DNA of 62,926 nucleotides, the filler included, from Rhabdomonas costata (lineage: Eukaryota), in assembly GCA_019059605.1 (NCBI GenBank). It is 21 parts of 21 records of this genome, joined end to end, with 100 filler letters (N's around TTAATTAATTAA, not from the genome) between each part and the next. Parts side by side here need not be neighbours in the genome. Positions count along the whole stretch, not along the records: positions 36,031 to 38,931 come from JAHMHO010001774.1; positions 39,032 to 41,932 come from JAHMHO010001775.1; positions 42,033 to 44,932 come from JAHMHO010001776.1; positions 45,033 to 47,932 come from JAHMHO010001777.1; positions 48,033 to 50,931 come from JAHMHO010001778.1; 16 more parts are not named here. One strand, 5' to 3'. Made by a program: the position numbers and the translations under genes. The notes beneath the pieces are model-generated. The model saw nothing but the letters and a program-made list of their open reading frames with translations. It was not told the origin of the DNA and made no database searches. Each line of letters begins with the position of its first letter. Within the stretch, counting starts at the first letter, position 1. Positions 37,010-50,474 of the stretch are shown in pieces.

Positions 37010-38804
37010 ATGTGGTACCGATGGCTACTCCTGTGCACGATACTTTGGGTCAGCCTGCCCAGCTCTTCCGGCGTCGACGCCGGCGACGTCGGCGGAGTGA
37101 CCTCGCCCACGGTCCCCAAAGGTTTGCGCAGGCTGCTCCCACTGCGCTGGGCCTGGCAGCAGCGGAGGGGGAAGGGGTTGTTTTTTTATAGCACCCAGAA
37201 TGCGCAGTGCGACTTTTCTGACCCTTGGATGGTGTAATGCTGTCCAGGTCCTTTTAGGAGTGGGCACACATGCTAGGCGTTTTTAGAGACAAAATTCTTG
37301 GCGTTCCCACACCAGCACCTGAGTTCCCGTGAAGTGTTCTCCCTCCAAAAACATCCAGTGCTGCATTTTGCGAAACATAAAACGTGCACAGAAATATGGG
37401 GCTCCGCAGCTGGGAAATGTTTTTTTCCATCTATTTTATGCATTGACTTCGAGTTTGCTGGGATCACAGCAGCCACGCATCACAGCTTTTGGGGACTGAA
37501 TACCTTGCAGAATATCCCTTGCTCCTCTTTGCTTTATGCTCAGGTACCACTGTTATCACGAATCCAATCGACGGCCTCAGTACTGACGCATCCCTCCCGC
37601 CCCCCTCTCTCTTTTTCCTGCTCTCACCTCCTTTTGTGAGTTGAGGAATGTTGACCACAGAGCCGTGCGTTGGTGAATGGGCAGGTGAGAATGCGAGGGT
37701 ATGCGCGAACTAATGCCAACTATTTTTGTAATGCTCAGCCTAACCAGAGTTTCTCACCGATTTCTAGCGCGCACACATACATTTGCTCACTTGCCTATGT
37801 GCACATTGAATTTATTTATTGTATTTGGATTGCCTGTGTGCAAGGCATCAGGATATTTTGGCTTCAATGGCCGGGTTTCCCCGGACCCCCTGCCGTTCTT
37901 CGGCTGTTTCTGGCCCATGGGCCCACAAGTACCTCCACAAGCCCACGACGTTCGGTGTCCCTCGGGCTTCCTCTTTCTCTTTTTTATGGGATGTGGTTGG
38001 GTTATACCCAGAGAACTCAACCGATGAGGTGATATCGCAGATCGAGGCCCTGTGGGGAACCGTTAGCACCAAAGTGGGAGTCGGTGTGCCCTTCTGCCCA
38101 CCTTTTCCCCGCCACTGCTGTACCGTTGCGGACGCTGAAAAAGGAGTTGAAAAAAGAGAAAGAAGAACAGTGACAGCAAAATGACTCACTCGGACATGTC
38201 TTTCTTTCTTGCTTGCTTGCTTGCTTGTAGGCCCGGTTTGGTTATTGAGACAGCCATCCTTCCGCACACTTTCTTCTTTCCTTCCTCTCACGACCATGCG
38301 TTTTCTTGCCGAAACGTTTTCCTTTTCGTGACCGCCTCGCCTTACTTATCAGTCGGGGCTGAGTGTAATAATTGTCTGGACATAATCAGTGATGAACGAT
38401 CTCTCTCTCTCCTATGGCGAGTCATCCCATCGGGTCTGCCACATGGGTTTGTTTTTATGCGTGGGACAGCACTGCTGATCATTGTGGGCGTAGTGCTTCT
38501 GATCCTGGGCTACCGACTCTTCCGCGTGACATTCTTTCTGGCAGGTTCGTGCAGCTCCTCTCCTTTCCCTGCAGGCCACGTACACTGTTGGGGCCTTACA
38601 ACCGCCGCTTGCTTTTTGCTATTGCACATTGCAATGGGTGATGAGCGGTGGTCGGGTGGTGGTGCAGCCTTCTTCTTCGCCGGCTCGATCTGCTACTTCT
38701 TCCTCCACAAGTACTGCTACACCAGCCTGGACATAAAGTACCAAATCATCATTGCCGCGTCTGTGGGGCTCGTGGCGGGGCTGATTGCCTTGTTCATGCT
38801 GCAG
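37010..38804 (+). CDS. TMEM198/TM7S3 (DUF4203)-like multipass membrane protein, 5' part
   Basis: Signal-peptide exon 37010-37121 (MWYRWLLLCTILWVSLPSSSG), exon 38012-38073, then LLIIVGVVLLILGYRLFRVTFFLA (38470-38544) and FFFAGSICYFFL...IIIAASVGLVAGLIALF (38668-~38804). GYRLF..T.FLA is the family motif. Confidence 0.75.
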
Positions 38805-39042
38805 TACGTTTCCCCATCAACCCTGTTTCGCACCGTCTCTTCCCTCACCCCAACTCCCTCTTCAAACCCTAAACAGCCCTGGCATATGAACCACTCCTTT
38901 TAGCGCGCGCACACACACACACACAAAAACCNNNNNNNNNNNNNNNNNNNNNNNNNNNNNNNNNNNNNNNNNNNNTTAATTAATTAANNNNNNNNNNNNN
39001 NNNNNNNNNNNNNNNNNNNNNNNNNNNNNNNTGTGGGGGGGT

Positions 39043-41922
39043 TCATGTACAGCAGTGCTTCAGACAGGCCTCGGCGGACTTGTCCCGCAACTTCAGCGAG
39101 GCCAGCCGCTCCAGGCCCACAGTAGGGTTGGCTGGGCCTTTGCCGGGCTGGTAGACCTGCTTCAGAGCCCGCAGCTCCTCCTCCCACCCCAGGAACTGCA
39201 CCAGCTTCCGGACCTCAGCCTATGGGTAAATCCATGAGGATGGGAACTGGAAACTTGGTGGTGGGGTTGTGCTCATATGCCTGAACTCGACCAGAGCCGA
39301 AAGGGCCTCACTCAGCTTGCTTGCTGTTCCTAATCACCTAATCACCTAATCACAAGTTGGGTGTCCACACCAACCAAAACACTGCAGGGTGCTGATAAAA
39401 GGGAAGGCAGCACACACACAGAGAGTGAAGGTCGCGAGAATGGAGATAGGAAAGTGTGAATGACGGCAGGCGAAATAAAAATCTTCTCATTATTCTCTTT
39501 CCGCACGCGGCCTCGCGGCACCGGCCATGCGAAAAAGCTTGACTGCACCGCAAGACCAGGAGGCAACCAGGAGGGAACCAAAACGTGTAACGTCGTTAAA
39601 CGTTACCCCCACCCCCCATACAATTGTCCCGAAGAATGACCACACATCACCCCAAGTGCTCCGGGGTTTTCAACACAAGTCGCGAAAACCCTGCACCCAG
39701 TCACCCGCACTCGACCTGCACGTCCCCCAAGGCGCCGACATCGCGGTAGTTCCCCGGCTGGCCAATCAGGAAGTCATCTCCGGCGAGATCCTGGTTGAAC
39801 AGCACCCGGGGGCACGTGTCCGGCACCGCGGAGACCAGCCCGGCGAACGGGAACACCATCAGCGACGTGCCCATTACTGTACACAACGAGGGGGGGGGTC
39901 CAATCCTCTGCCCCCACAGCACTCCACACCCAGAGCGAACACACTAAGAGCAGACTCACAGAGAAGAACAGGAGGGAGAACAACGACCGAGGCCGAGAGC
40001 AGCAGACTCTTAGAAAGAGAGAGCGTTTGTGTGCGCGGTGCAACAGTGCGAGTGCTGGGGACGGAAACCAGTTCACAGAAGGGACCACACGCGAATGTAA
40101 ATTTGGGAAACGGGGGAAGGAGGGCTTGAAGGATCACCGTGAGGGCGCAGCTCGCACGCTCGTGCACCAACCGCTGCACATCTTCTTGAAACAATGTTTC
40201 GTTTCTGTTGCAAAGACAGGTGCGGGGGGCAGAGTGCGGTGGCAATCGTAGTTACAGATGCGCACCCCCCGGATCAAAACGGCAGCGAGACCTATACCGA
40301 GAGGATTGGAGGGTTGGGTCAGGGGCAAAGGGCAAGGTTACGGTTAACCGAAATGGCAGGGGCGAAGGAGAGAGGCAGCGGAGACAACACCCAGCAGGAG
40401 GTCGCAGGAGGGGAAGTCGTACTTCGACATCGTGAAGAACCGTGCCGGGAGGCTGCGAGCGAAGCGCCGGAGGCCCCACAGGTTTTTTTACACCGTCACA
40501 GTCACTTGGTCCGTCTCTCTCTCTCTCTCTCTCTCTGGAGGTTCGCATTCTCATTTGCAATGAAGTGCCGCGGAGATTTCCCGGAAACAGCGGGCGGCGC
40601 GTGTCGAAGGGTACTGACAAGTCATGTCCTGCAGTTGAAGGCCATGAAGGCCACCCTAAACGGAGTGTGCCCATAGCCCAAATTAGCCCTCAGACGCCCA
40701 ATTATGGAGAATAGCAAACACAAAGAAGTGGACAGAAAGACGTGAAGCCATCGGAACAAAATGCAAGTGGAAAGTTAAACTGAAGTGAGAGAGAAGCTGC
40801 GCGGCGTACTCTTCTCCGAAGAAGACGATGTCGGGCTTCACAAGGGAGCCCGTCTCGGGATCCCGCACGACGGTCTCCCCGGCGTCCAGCTTCTCCTTAA
40901 TGAAGGAAACTGGCACAGACTTGAACGGGGGGTCGATCGTGTGCGCCGTTGCAAAGGTCCCTGGCATCGCCCCGACACAACCACCAGAAACAAAAGGAAA
41001 TGGAAACAACAATTTGTAACCGGAACCCAAAGGGCCAACTGAGCCAGAAAATTTCGGCTGAAGGGCACCACCAAACCCGCCAAATATGTCCGGAGACGTC
41101 TCGAGATCCTAAGAGCTTCACCAGGAGAAATAGCGGATGTGTGTGTTACGTCTCGAGACGTTTGGTGAATAAAGTGCCAGGATCCAAAAAAAAAATTCTC
41201 TGCTTAAGAATGAGTGATCGTTAGTCGCCCCCCGAACACCACCTCAATACGACCTCAATAAGACGAAAATCAACAGTGGCGAATCAGTGCCGAAAAGGAG
41301 CCAATCCGAGGTACAAAAGCGCAAGACCACGTAGGAGCTACAGATGGGGGGAGGTCTGCAAGAATCGGATTGACCACAGACGCCGCACACCATGGCACTC
41401 GACCAGCAAATTGGCGTTGACGTCCGCAGCGCGCTCCAGGCAGTCAATGTTCTGGGTGTAGTTGCGCAGCAGCAGACCCTGCGTGCACAGTGTGATGCAC
41501 AAAACCCAAAGCTGCAGCCAAAGCTTCAAGGATATCCGGGCGCAACCCAAGCTGCGCCCGGATGACCCCAAATCCACGCCAAACACTTCAGAATGCCTGC
41601 GTTGGCACGGAAATATGCAGCCAAGATCAGCGATTTCCAATTGCAAGAGGGCAAAATCAGCAAGAAAATGCGGCGGTTGGATTCGGCGGTTGGCGTGAAG
41701 CTGAACTACAGCATGTCCCTCTCCGTGTTTCCGCACAATTCAAGACTTCCCATCACACGCCACCTCAGTCAAGAGGAGGAGGAGGAGCTCGGAACAGGTC
41801 TAGATGAATCATGAAGGGATAACTCGCGCAAGGGGGAAGGACTTGGCAAAGCCCCTGCTCCAAATACGCTCTCTTTCGCTCGGCTGACCTTTTGGCTGAG
41901 AAGCTTGATGAACAGGTGCACG
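39043..41922 (-). CDS. Class I sirtuin (SIR2/HST2-like NAD-dependent deacylase), 3' part
   Basis: Exons ~41922-41889, 41478-41391, 40960-40810, 40452-40391, 39876-39716 and 39219-39043 give HLFIKLLSQK|GLLLRNYTQNIDCLER...VECHG|TFATAH...VKPDIVFFGE|DLPARFF...DFPSCDLLL|VMGTSLMVFPFAGLV...PRVLFN...RDVGALGDVQ|AEVRKLVQFLGWEEEL...CCT*. Confidence 0.95.
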
Positions 41923-43099
41923 CCACAAAACANNNNNNNNNNNNNNNNNNNNNNNNNNNNNNNNNNNNNNNNNNNNTTAATTAATTAANNNNNNNNNNNN
42001 NNNNNNNNNNNNNNNNNNNNNNNNNNNNNNNNGTGGGTGGTTGGAGTACATGTACTCCAACAGCTCGGGCTCCTCCAGGGCATGGGTGGCGGCAGGTGCC
42101 TCCGGGAAGGAGACCTTCACGGCAGACATTGCTGTTGTGCTTATCTTTTTCTTCTCTGTTTCTTTCTCCCGAGTTATCTGAGCTGAGCTGAGCTGAGCTG
42201 TTGGATGAGAGCGGCGGTGGAGAATCCAACAAAGTAATGAAATTCTGGGTTAGAACAGATCCAATCATACGAATTAAGCAAACACCAATGTGTGTGTGGC
42301 AGCAGAGTACAGCTGGAGTCCACAAGGGCACGTCCCTCAAATAATACGTAGCGGTTGATGGAGGTTACCTTCCAACGTTTGCTATGGGAATACCAGGTCA
42401 ATACAGAGTCAGTCTTGACACAGCGCACGGAGCAGAAATGAAAAAGCTTTTCGTGCCTGTAGGAGGTGACAAGCGTGCAACTCATACCACAACGAGTTCA
42501 AAATCGAAATCACAGCTTTTACAGGTTCGGAAGCAGCAATAATGACGGACACCAAATTGAGCATTGCCACGTAGCGTCCAGCATCACCTGGGTTACCCAG
42601 GTTTTCCAGCTCCCAAAGGGCCATATCTTCAATGGCCATATTTTCAATGACAAAGCCAATGGCAGGTCTCTCAGTCTCTCACGAACAAGAGCACAAAGAT
42701 TCAGCGTACAGACATGAGTACGGGTTGACGACGCAGCGTCCACTTTAGGACCGCAAGCAACGGGTCCTGAAAATTGCTGAAATGTCAGCAGCAGGAAGAT
42801 GGGCATCACTTGAGCACCTAAGCACACTTTCGGTAACTATCCTGCGCCATCCACTGGACTCTGCCCCCCTCAACCAGCTGCCAGTGCTGCCACTTCTCCC
42901 GGCAAGTCAGCAGTAAGGAGTAACGCCGCTGGACTTCTTTTCGTCACCGCAGCAATACAACTAAGGAACTCGAAGGTGCATCTCAGAACAGAAGGCCGGC
43001 GTAGCTTTGAATTGGGGAGCAGCGAACCAGGCTCCAGGAAGGGAACCGAAAGTCCTGTGTCGCACTGTGAGCCACTCGGCTATTGGGCGCAACGGGAAG

Positions 43100-44692
43100 C
43101 TACAGCAGCCCTGGAATCACGCAAACCCCATCCACAACGTGGCACACGTGCACGGCAAACAAGTCCTCGAGGGACGGGTGGCTGCGAGGAAAGCCCAAGT
43201 GTACCACCCGCCGGAGCTCTGGCACAGCCTCGACCGCCACAATGGCACCACTGGCTCCCTTGTCCCCCCCGCCTAACATCCTCTCCCCATGGCACCCCGG
43301 AACAGTCCGAGCAAGATCGCACATTGTCTCCAGCTCAGGTCCGCTGATCTGGTACTTGTCGCGAAGTTCAACCCCTGAAAAAGAAAGCGTGAGAGCCGAG
43401 ACACCACGCCGCATCGCACCCGTGGCGTTCTTCACAACGCCGGTGAGCCTGTGTGAGCATACTGCCCCAAGGGATCAGTTTGAACCCGCAATGGCGGTGC
43501 CGTACAGGACCAACAAGTAGCACGCCCGCAGTGACGAGCGCACTAAGCCACAACAGAAAACCCACGACTTCCTCTGTGGCCATTGCCGCATTCTATCAAC
43601 AAGGAAACCGGATGGGGAAAAACAAAACGACCAGACCAGTTCTGATATGCAGCATGACCCCTCACATTTAGAAGTGCCCATACCGTCCGTGCGAAACAGC
43701 TGCCCCACGGTGACGATATCCCCGCGTTCCCAGGCCAGCATCATCTGCTGGAACCTCTGCTGGGCTCCACAAATATACTCCAGCCGCGCCACAAGGAGGG
43801 CATGAGAGCCTCGAAACCGCTCCACGATAAGTTCGAACATCTGCTTCTCCCGGACATCGGCCAGGCAGCGGATAGGAAACCCTACAAAGAAAGAGCTCTG
43901 CCAACGAACCAATTGAAGGCAGTGCGGAATTGCAAAGCAAAACACTTCAGGTCATACAACAGAACTAAAGTAGTGGCTGCTCAACCACCTAAAGGCCTAA
44001 AGACCTATATTACACAGATGTCCCCCTCACCCCTGAGTGGAAGGCTGTTGAATTCAAGCAACAAAGGCAGCAAGGATGAACGGTGCTATGGGCAGGTTCA
44101 CAGTTCAAAAGTGCTTTCGATTCAATACAGCGAAATAAAAATGGAGCTGCCCGACCGCTGCTTCTGAGAAGCTCCACCAGCTCCTCGCACTCCGAGCGGC
44201 GGGTGACGTAGGTGGACTTCTCGAGCCCTGGCCTCTTTGTGCCCGTGTCCAGGGCGACCAGAGCGAAGCCTCGGGCATCCCCAGAGGGGCCGAAGGGGAT
44301 GTGTCGCACGGTGCGCGAGCCCGGGAGGAAGTGGGTGGCCATCCCAGCCTTCCCGAACAGGATCATCACTTGATCGAGGCAGCTAAGAAGAACCGGGGGG
44401 TCAGGAGTTTGGGCTTCACTCTCAAAGAGCTCAGAAACCAGTATTTTGGCACATTAATTTGTGGGGGGGGGGGCGAGGAGCATAACAAATCAAGCAATCA
44501 TAAGACTTGAAGGAACATTGCCTTCGGCATTCGCAAAATAAAACAGGGCGGAATTGCCTGCGTTTTTTATGAGAAGAGGGAAAGAGGGCGACATGGAGGA
44601 AAACCAGCAGCCAGCACTCGCCACACCCGCAAGGGCAGCCGATGTACTCGTTCTCCACCGCAACAGAGAAGTCAACGAGATCAAACTGACTT
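43100..44692 (-). CDS. Galactokinase-like GHMP kinase, 3' part
   Basis: Exons 44692-44627, 44382-44156, 43881-43684 and 43374-43100 give VENEYIGCPCG|CLDQVMI...LDTG...STYVTRRSECE...|GDIVTVGQLF|LRDKYQISGPELETMC...GERMLGGG. Ends at TAG. Confidence 0.85.
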
Positions 44693-45032
44693 CTGCGAAG
44701 AAACAAGAACTTTCCATCGTGTACGATTAGAATTGTTATCTATTCGCCTCGATCGCAGCGAGATAAACGACAATACCGACATTGAATGCAAGAGGGCCTC
44801 ATTAAAAAAGAAGGTAACGCGTAAGCAGCTGAAATGCCACTCTTGACGCATCATACCAAGCTCAATTCAATATCACAGTGGCCGTATAGCGGTTAAAGTA
44901 CCGGGCAAAACAAAAAAGAAGAACGGGAGTGCNNNNNNNNNNNNNNNNNNNNNNNNNNNNNNNNNNNNNNNNNNNNTTAATTAATTAANNNNNNNNNNNN
45001 NNNNNNNNNNNNNNNNNNNNNNNNNNNNNNNN

Positions 45033-46365
45033 CCCCTCGGGACCATTTGTGGTGGTTCGGGAGCCCTCCCGGAGGTGGCTGCTGGCGGGCAGCTTTGTCG
45101 GGTGCCTAGCCGAGCTTCGGGTGTGGAGGGTGGCGCGGCCTGGCCTGGAGATCCACCGCGACATGACCCGCCCCATGGCGGGCACGGAAGCCGGGTTGGT
45201 GGCGTATTACCCCCTCAACGAGGGGGTCGGCCTGCGGGTGTACGACCGGTACGGTTGCCATACCTGTTGTCCCTCCTTAACTGAGACTTAAGACTTATTT
45301 AAGTATGAAGAACTCGGGGTTCAAATGGTCAGCTGGATGGCGAAGGGGACTAACTATTACATACTGCATAAAAAGGATGTGAAATTGGTGGATATGCAGC
45401 TGGGAGATGTTACTTAGTGAAAGGACGCGTGCTGACCTGCTGGGCAGATCTTGTGCTTTCTGTTGGCCCTAGGGCGAGTGGGAACCACGTCCTCGTCAAG
45501 CTCAAGCCCGACGCTAGCATGCCGGCCCAGGCCGAGCCCTCGGCGCCGCGGATGCCATGCTGGGTGGACTACGCCTTGCTTCCAGTGTGGGAGCCCCCAG
45601 CCGTGCGCCAGTCGTCCACCGAAAAGCTCGGTGGTTCGGGGACTGTGGAGGAGGTGAGGGATGCAGAGGCGCCAGCGCTTCCCGACCCGTTGGCCGCAGA
45701 CCTATCGCGTGTCCTTTTTTTCACGAACGGGGCTGTGGTGGCAGCGCGCAGGATTGGAGAGGAGGTGTGTCTGGAAAGTGGGGAGGGGAGGCGCATTTGA
45801 AAGGTTGATTAGTATTTTGGGATGTGTGGTTCACTCTGTTGTGGTGGTCCCATTTGAGGTTTGCTTGCTTTTTGTTCAGGCAAGAACGACATGTAAACGG
45901 ACCACTATTTTAGGGCACAACGGCACAACGTAAATAAACGCAGCCAGTGTGGAAAGTAGTAGCATTAGTGGAAAGCACTCCAGTTCACATTTTGAACTCA
46001 TCCACTGCTTTCTTCCCTGTCGGCTCCAGTTGACTTTTCTGCCCACCTACCTCACACACTCACCTACAACCTGTCAGCACACTCACACTTCGGGTGGATG
46101 TTACAAGCACTCATACGTCCGCAATGGGCCCGCTCTCGCAGGACTCGTCCTCCTCGCTGGTGCTCTACTACAGCACAACGACGGGGCGGCTTCTGTATCA
46201 CCTTCCTGTGGCGCTGCCGTCCAACCTGAGGGCCGTGGGCCCGTCGGTGTGCTACGACCCTTGGGGAAACTGCCTTTGGTTCCCCGCAGCCGTACCTGCG
46301 CCCGTCCGAGCGGCCTCAGCCTCGCACCACGAGCATTTCACCGGAGCCTTGTTGCAGCTAAGGAG
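45033..46365 (+). CDS. LamG/concanavalin-like jelly-roll domain protein, internal fragment
   Basis: SFVGCLAELRVWRVARPGLEIHRDMTRPMAGTEAGLVAYYPLNEGVGLRVYDR (to 45248) spliced to ASGNH... (45473). A further probable exon lies at ~46142-46365. Confidence 0.7.
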
Positions 46366-48166
46366 GTGACATGGCATAGTAGTCCTGGTAAAAAGAACGT
46401 GGAAAGAAGCAAAGGACATGAGACCACTTGTTTTATGGGAAATAGGAGGCCCCGTGAGACATTTTTACACGTTCACCCGAAATTCGAATGACTTGGAATG
46501 CGTTGAACAAACCCAGGATGAATTCTCAAGACAATGCCAAACAAACAAACAATATCTGCGTATATTTTGAAGCCTGAGGAAGGCGGTGGACACATGAGTG
46601 AGCATGACCGCTTGCTTCCATTGTGGGGTCCGTCATGCGAGAACCAAGTCCAGGCAGCAGTCGTGTTCGTGAATGATCTTTTTCTATTTCAATCTTTCCA
46701 TACATGCCTGGATCCATGATGCACACACCAGATAGCAATGAGATACCAGATGATTGAAGCGAGGCAATGGGCACATGGCGAAGGAGCTGGGCGAGGTCCA
46801 CTCCGCTGCTCCACACCCACGCGGGCACGTCGTCGTCGTTCACTCACATTGCTTGGACTCTCAGCGACATCCTGCGGAAGGGGTCATTTGAAAAAAAAAA
46901 CTCAGCTCCCCCTCAAGTTTCTCAGAAGAATTTCTGGAAACCCGAAACCGGCTGTCCTTTTTAAAATGTCCCAAGTGTTTGCGAAAATCGACGTAACCTT
47001 GCTTTGGGGTGTAAGGTTCTAACACACACTTTCATCGACCGGGCGATTCACACCTGGGCAGGCGGAGGGTCTTGCCTGTTGTCTGGTGAGCCGGCACCCC
47101 ACGTCTGACAACAAAGCTATAGGACCCTCGGTGCGAGCACCCGGGCCACGCGCGTCTTAGTTTAGAGGCACCTTATCTTTTCTTTACAACATCGCTCTCC
47201 TTCACGTGTGTTGTGTGTGTGTTCTTTTTTGTTCTGATTTTACATACGAACAAATTGACACAACTACAGGGCCAGTCACTCCGTCCCGCAAATGTTTCCA
47301 CGGTGGACAAAAAGTGGACAAACGGCAATTGAGCAAAACAAACTGCAATCGAACAGCACCTCAATACCCACAACCCCCTCCTCGAAGTTGTCCTCGCAGA
47401 TCCAGGTTGAAAAACCAGTGAAGGCATCGGTGTTCTGGCAACGACAAAGAAGAAAAAGAATGAAGTCAACGAAATCAAAGGAACCGGTTGATTGAACCTG
47501 TCAAATATGGCAATCAAACGGAGAGCAGCTGCTCACAAGGTGCAGCCCACAAGTAATTCAGAAGGCCCAACACAGAGCAGAGGTGCAATTTGCAAAGAAT
47601 GAAAACGGCGAAATCGTTTCTGGTGGTGGCTTGAGGCATTTTGCTGCTAAAGACAAGGCAACGGTCGAGGCAAAGACAAGGCATCGGAGGCACCACGATC
47701 ACTTTTGCAGGCATTCCACATTAGTGTGCGAACACAGACAAGTGGGCGCGCGTACAAACACATTTGGACACTCGGACGCCTTGTGCAACCCAAGCTTCTC
47801 CCGCATCACCACCATCCCACACCAGGGACAGCTCACGGGAGCCTATGCAAAAGTGTAATCCTTGTAAAACGATGGTGCGCTAGATGCGTAAACCAAATGC
47901 TGGTGAAAACAAAGTGCACCACATTTTTTAAANNNNNNNNNNNNNNNNNNNNNNNNNNNNNNNNNNNNNNNNNNNNTTAATTAATTAANNNNNNNNNNNN
48001 NNNNNNNNNNNNNNNNNNNNNNNNNNNNNNNNGTTTGAGAACTTTAATTCCGCAGAATCTCTTTCCTGGGTTGAAAACCCGTGTGGTGGACATCGTATTG
48101 CTTTTGGGGATGGGAGGTGATTTGCACACCCCTGTAAATTCTGTTTCTGGGGTGTGCGATGTGCAG

Positions 48167-50474
48167 GGTGGTTGAATCCCGCCCTGGCGGCGATGGAGCT
48201 CAGCCAGATGGTGACCCAGGGGCTCTGGGACAAGGACTCCATCCTGTTGCAGCTGCCTCACTTCACACCTGCCCTGGCGAAGAAGTGTGCCGCGAAGAAC
48301 ATCGAGTCCGTGTTCGACCTGCTGGAGCTGGAGGACGCGTATGCATGCCCTGGGAGGGGAGGCGCTTCTGCCCTTTTGTGCTTTGCTAAATCTTCCATGG
48401 CTGTTGTCATCCCTGACTTTCACGCATCCACGTGCAATTGTACACACTATCCTGGCGAGAACGGCATGTCAACCGGCTCCCGCGAATCGCTTCTGACCCT
48501 TTTTTTCTTGCTGTGTGGTCCTCGGTGTAATATTACTGGGATGTCGGGGTGATGTCAAGGTCATCCGACGTTGGGAGACCCTTTTGCATTGTCCGGAATT
48601 CTCGAAAGATGCTGCTACCATCCTTCTCACAACTGTTTCCTGCTTTCCATTCCCAGGACCCGGAAGGAGCTTCTTGGGTTTTCTGATGCCAAGCTGCACG
48701 ATCTGGCGCTGGTGTGTAACCGGTACCCCAACATCAACTGCGAATACCAGGTCCTGGCCCCCTCTGCTGGCTCTGATGCCCTCCCTTCCAGCGTGCACAT
48801 CAGTAAAGAGTACTTATTTCGGCTTAACCTCTCCCGTCTTATTCCCTACCTTCTTTTCCTGTGGGCTGGTCGCCCACCACAGTTTTGCCCACAAGATTTT
48901 GGGCCCCAAGAGCGTCCTTTTATCTGTAGTTTGAGCTGTGATCTGGCTCAGATTTGCCTGGGGTGATCTTTCTCGTCAACAGACCGTTTGAAACCGCTCT
49001 TCACGAGCGCTCATCTGCAACGCTTCTTTGTTTGGTTCCAAATTCTTGGGCGTCCCTCTTGGTATTGAGCCATTGTTGCCTTGCCCCACATGTCTGCAGC
49101 TGAGCCCACAAAAAGGAGTTTGGCAATTGTGCCAGTGGTTTTACGTGCGCAACAAACAAAACCTGTGTGAATCTGAATCTACTGCATAAACAATTGAGTT
49201 AAAAGTCATGGGAATCGCCCTTTAATCCCTGGAGAGTTTGTGTGTGTGTCGTCCTCTAACCCTATGAATAATCTGTTTGAATCGGACAGCCTAACCCCTG
49301 TTACCCCTCCAATATTTTATACGATATCGATGGGAGGCTCACACCGCTTCCTAACTCCATGGGATTCTTGGCACACAGACACACGCACGCGCACACACAG
49401 ACACACCCGTAGACCAGGTGAGGGAAAGTGACGCACATCATCGCCTCCATCACTAGAATTAATCACTTTTTGAGAAGTCTTGTCCTGCTTTCCTCTATTC
49501 GGGTGGAAGGGAAGGGAAGCAAAACCAGCTCATTGTGGTATTAGCACTCAGTCTCGAGTTCTCGAGTTCTTTTTGATGTTTTTTGTAGTATCTTCAGGAC
49601 TTTCGCCACACATCGTACACTTTCTCCCCTAGCAAATCCTTGGCACTCACGCACACGTAAGGTGCTTGACCCGGAGGACATCCGCAGCGGGCAGCAGGTC
49701 ACCGTGCAGGTCAACCTGGAGCGTGAGATTGACGACAGCGAGCCCATCCCCAAAGTCAGCGCCCCGCTCTTCCCCAAGGAGAAAGACGAGGTTGTCCCAA
49801 AACTCCTGCCTCCTCCCCTCCCCGCAGTAATTCCTCATTTTCTCCGTTACCGCAAGATGAGCATCTTTCTTATGCCTCACACAAAGCAGCACCCGCAAAC
49901 GCATTCAGAGATTTTTCGGTGCTGGTTCTTTCCCTCAAAGGGCTGGTGGATTGTGATTGGTGACTCCAAGCGTAACCTTCTGTATGCCATCAAGCGGCTG
50001 ACCATTCAGCGCAAGGCGAAGATCAACATGGACTCGTGGCCCCCAAGGCCGGGGCCTACACCTTCAACCTGTATTCCCCTCCTCCCACCTCCGCCTTTCT
50101 TTATCCGAGTCCGTTACATCTTTGGTTTCGCTTGTCTGTTTTCTTAAAGCCGGATTGATTGAGATGCAGGAAGAGCGACAACCAAAATTAGAGCGGTGCG
50201 ACCAGACGGGTGTCGCCAGGCGAATTCGGAATGACAATGGACCGGCTTTTGCCCGAAAAGTCCTCCCCCAAAAAAAGCAGCCCGTTGCGGGGATAATAAC
50301 TTGATTTTAAGCTTTCTATCCAGATGAGTGGGTGAGTGGGTTTGTCGGTTGATGGGTTTCAGGTACCTCATGTCGGATTGCTACCTGGGCTGCGACCAGG
50401 AGTACCAGATCGAGTTCACTAGCAAGGAGGGCGATGACGAGGACGGCGGGCGCGCAGAGATGGACAGGGACTGA
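48167..50474 (+). CDS. BRR2: U5 snRNP 200-kDa helicase Brr2/SNRNP200, C-terminal Sec63 unit, one apparent frameshift
   Basis: Exons 48167-48338, 48657-48750, 49662-49790, 49941-50070 and 50363-50474 give [33 protein letters not shown]...CNRYPNI...[18 protein letters not shown]...AIKRLT...|[14 protein letters not shown]. One T is missing at ~50034. Confidence 0.95.

Noticed and set aside
40391-40420. Suspected frameshift in the sirtuin DFPSCDLL exon
   Set aside because: A recount shows TTC CCC TCC TGC, which is in frame.
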